From positions 85,994,001 through 86,058,000 of the forward strand of contig NC_086378.1 of the NCBI RefSeq assembly GCF_036588685.1: DNA of 64,000 nucleotides, given 5' to 3'. This DNA is from Mytilus trossulus (Eukaryota). Shown here piece by piece: positions 61,064 to 64,000 of this stretch; the first letter of the stretch is position 1, and each line of letters starts with the position of its first letter. Below the pieces are notes generated by a model. It was not told the origin of the DNA. It saw only the letters and a list, made by a program, of their open reading frames with translations, and ran no database searches. A program made the translations under genes and the position numbers.

Positions 61064-63494
61064 ATGTTCAAGAATACATTTCAAAGTGGATTCTTATCCA
61101 TACTTTACAGTATTGGAAGTAAACCGTTACAAATTTGGGACAAAAAGGTAAGTTATTTTCATTCTACACACCGGTTGTCATTACCATAGTGATACATTGA
61201 TGTCAACATGAAAACCTTTAACTTCATCTAATAATAACATGACAGTATTCTTAACTTGCTTCACAATAAGTTAAATATTATATGGGGTAATCATCAGATT
61301 TCTATTTCGAAAAATTAAGGCATTTGACAAGCAAGAAACTTTATTTTTGTTGACACACGGAAGTGCACGTGTAAACAACTTACAATTGTTTGAATGATAT
61401 ACTTTATACACAAATATTTTAAATTTATACACTACCATCGTGGTTTATGGTGTCGGAAGTTCACAATTATTATTTTTTTCAAAGTAATGTCACTTTTAGT
61501 AGCCATATGTGATGTTGATGTTTATGAAGATGGAGATGTTTGTCATCTCGCTTCATTGAATTCTATGTCATTATTTTCATTCAATTGCACATTAACGAAC
61601 AGTTTATAAGAAAAACATTACTAGTTAATGATAAATTAAGTATGTTATATAATTTTGCATGGAGTTAGACCTCCGTTGCCAAGATAGTATTTTGTTTCCT
61701 GATCATCAACATCATGGCCGCCATTTGCATTCTAATAGACAATATTATAACATCATGTTATTCTCGTTTTAGGTTAGAAATGGTCATATTAAACGTATAA
61801 CAGACAACGATATCCAGTCCTTAGTTTTAGAAATTGTTGGAACAAATGTCAGGTATGTACTTAATCAACAATAAACAATTATTTCTTTGTTTTGAAAAAA
61901 GAGATAATTTTGAATTATCTCCCTTTAGTTACATCTATGGTAACACATAATCAAACACAAATATACATGCATTTTGTTATTTAATGAGACAAATATAGCT
62001 TACTTTCATTTAATGCAATTAAAATTATTCCTATTTATACAAAGCATAACATATTCATTTTAATTAAGTTAAATTCTGCATCTTATATTATTTTAAGCAT
62101 CTTTATTATGTCAGGTGTTATTTGCAGTGATTCTGTAACACAATAATACTTGATACCTGTAACCAATTTTGAAACTATTTCCTATAAAATGCTAATCTTT
62201 TTAATTTTTGATGCTGTAAGTGTTAAGATTATTTGTTCTTGCAACATAACAAGTTTGAAAAAATTTTCTACAAGTATATAAATGCCCATTTTATATTAAA
62301 TCTTGTATGTTCATTGGCTGAATTTTAGAATTAATTATTGAACGAACATGCTTAATATTTCTAGTTACAAATGTAGCGGTATGAATAATATGTTGATATT
62401 TCCCTTTTCTATTTATAGCACAACATACATCACATGTCCAGCAGACCCAAAGAAAACATTAGGAATTAAACTTCCATTCTTAGTTATGATCATCAAGAAC
62501 TTAAAGAAATATTTCACATTTGAAGTACAGGTAAGAATGTAACAATTATATTTTTTATTTAAAGTATACCTAAAAATGTTAAATATGTAATTCTTTCAAT
62601 ACCATTCAATATAAGCATGACATGTGAATATATTAAATGAAGGAACTTATCTTGACAAAAAAACCATGTTACTTTAAAAGAACACATTGGAATTCTGTTT
62701 AGTATATGAAATATAAAAAAATGAAAACACAAATGTGCATAGTTCTTCAAATGTTTTTTTATTGTTTCTGTTGCAATTTAGTAATATAAGTGACCAGTCA
62801 ATAGACAATGGCTTAACCATGATGATCCTTTTATAACTTTTCTTTATTTAATATTTAAGGTCTTAGATGACAAAAATGTGAGACGAAGATTCAGAGCTAG
62901 TAACTACCAAAGTACAACACGTGTAAAACCATTTATATGTACTATGCCAATGAGGTTAGATGATGGATGGAATCAAATTCAATTCAACTTGTCAGATTTC
63001 ACAAGGAGAGCCTATGGAACAAATTACATTGAAACACTTAGAGTACAGGTTAGTATTGTATTGATTACTTGTCTAACAATATGTATAAATCAGGTTATAT
63101 TGTCACAATCTTATCTTTAAACTTGAGGTTAAGGTCTAGGATATTATGGTCAAATAAAATAATATATTGTACCACACAAACAAATAGTTACTTTATTTTA
63201 CATGAACAATTAAGAAATTGGTCCTCTTCAGGAAATAGTGTAACAAAGAATTGAGAGATGGTAGCCTTTCAACACTTTTATAACAAAACTTTTGATGTAC
63301 AGTTTTGCATTTTCCATACCCATTTATTACAGTGATATTCTGATATTTATTGTTCCTATTTCTTTTTTCAGATTCATGCCAATTGTCGAATTCGTAGAGT
63401 TTACTTCTCAGACAGACTATATTCAGAAGATGAATTACCTGCAGAATTTAAATTATACCTTCCGGTGCAAAATAAAGGAGGCGTGAAAGCATAA
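61064..63494 (+). CDS. CFAP20: Cilia- and flagella-associated protein 20 (BUG22/GTL3), 5 exons, 195 aa
   Basis: Exons: 61064-61147, 61773-61852, 62419-62530, 62860-63048, 63372-63494. Translation [130 protein letters not shown] is near-identical to known CFAP20. Confidence 0.97.
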
Positions 63495-64000
63495 CAAAAT
63501 GAATAATTAGACAGTGTATATAAATTATACGAAAAATAAAAATGTTCAAATGCTACTCAAGAACTGAAGGTGAATTATTGTGAGAATGCTGGATATTAAG
63601 AGATGCTGCCTGTTTTTACAAATGTCTTGCAAAAATGTTGTACGAGAGACCAATCAAACATGGCTGATTCCTGCCTAGAGTCTCGTTGAATATGCCATGA
63701 TCATATACAAAACAAAGTGTTCATTTTAAATTGTCATTGATGTCATATTTCATATATCTCTTGTTGCATGAACAGTTATTTTCATATTTATAGGAAGACT
63801 CGGTGCAATTATACAGCCAGATTTAAAAATTGTTTATTAGTTTTGCATAAATGATTTGATATTATTGTCTTTCTGGAACAAAATGACATTAAGTGCTTTA
63901 AAAACAATGTTTTCAAATTTTATACTGTGTTTATATTCCTCACATTTAGTACTTATTGATGTGCAGATAATAATTTAAGGTTTAAATTTGGTTGTATTTG

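Overview
AT-rich, intron-containing animal genomic DNA. The repeat content looks bivalve, probably Mytilus-like (inferred from remembered repeat families, not from a search). Left third: a ~16 kb array of a 72-75 bp satellite in two subfamilies, the second with tiered higher-order repeats. An intact, very recent BEL/Pao LTR retrotransposon (identical 167-bp LTRs, ATTAT target duplication) and a Helentron-like element have inserted into it. Right two-thirds: three complete spliced genes reconstructed by hand, CCDC113/CFAP263 (-, 8 exons, 389 aa), casein kinase II alpha (+, 12 coding exons, 388 aa) and CFAP20 (+, 5 exons, 195 aa). They are interspersed with a non-autonomous Helitron, a decayed Ginger2-type integrase transposon, a truncated LINE and many MITEs. 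Top finding: the CCDC113 <- CK2alpha -> CFAP20 -> order and orientation match my recollection of the human 16q21 CCDC113-CSNK2A2-CFAP20 block. This suggests an ancient conserved cilia/sperm gene cluster, with RFX X-box-like motifs spread across it. The CK2alpha gene may also produce both a long-tail (alpha-like) and a short-tail (alpha'-like) isoform.
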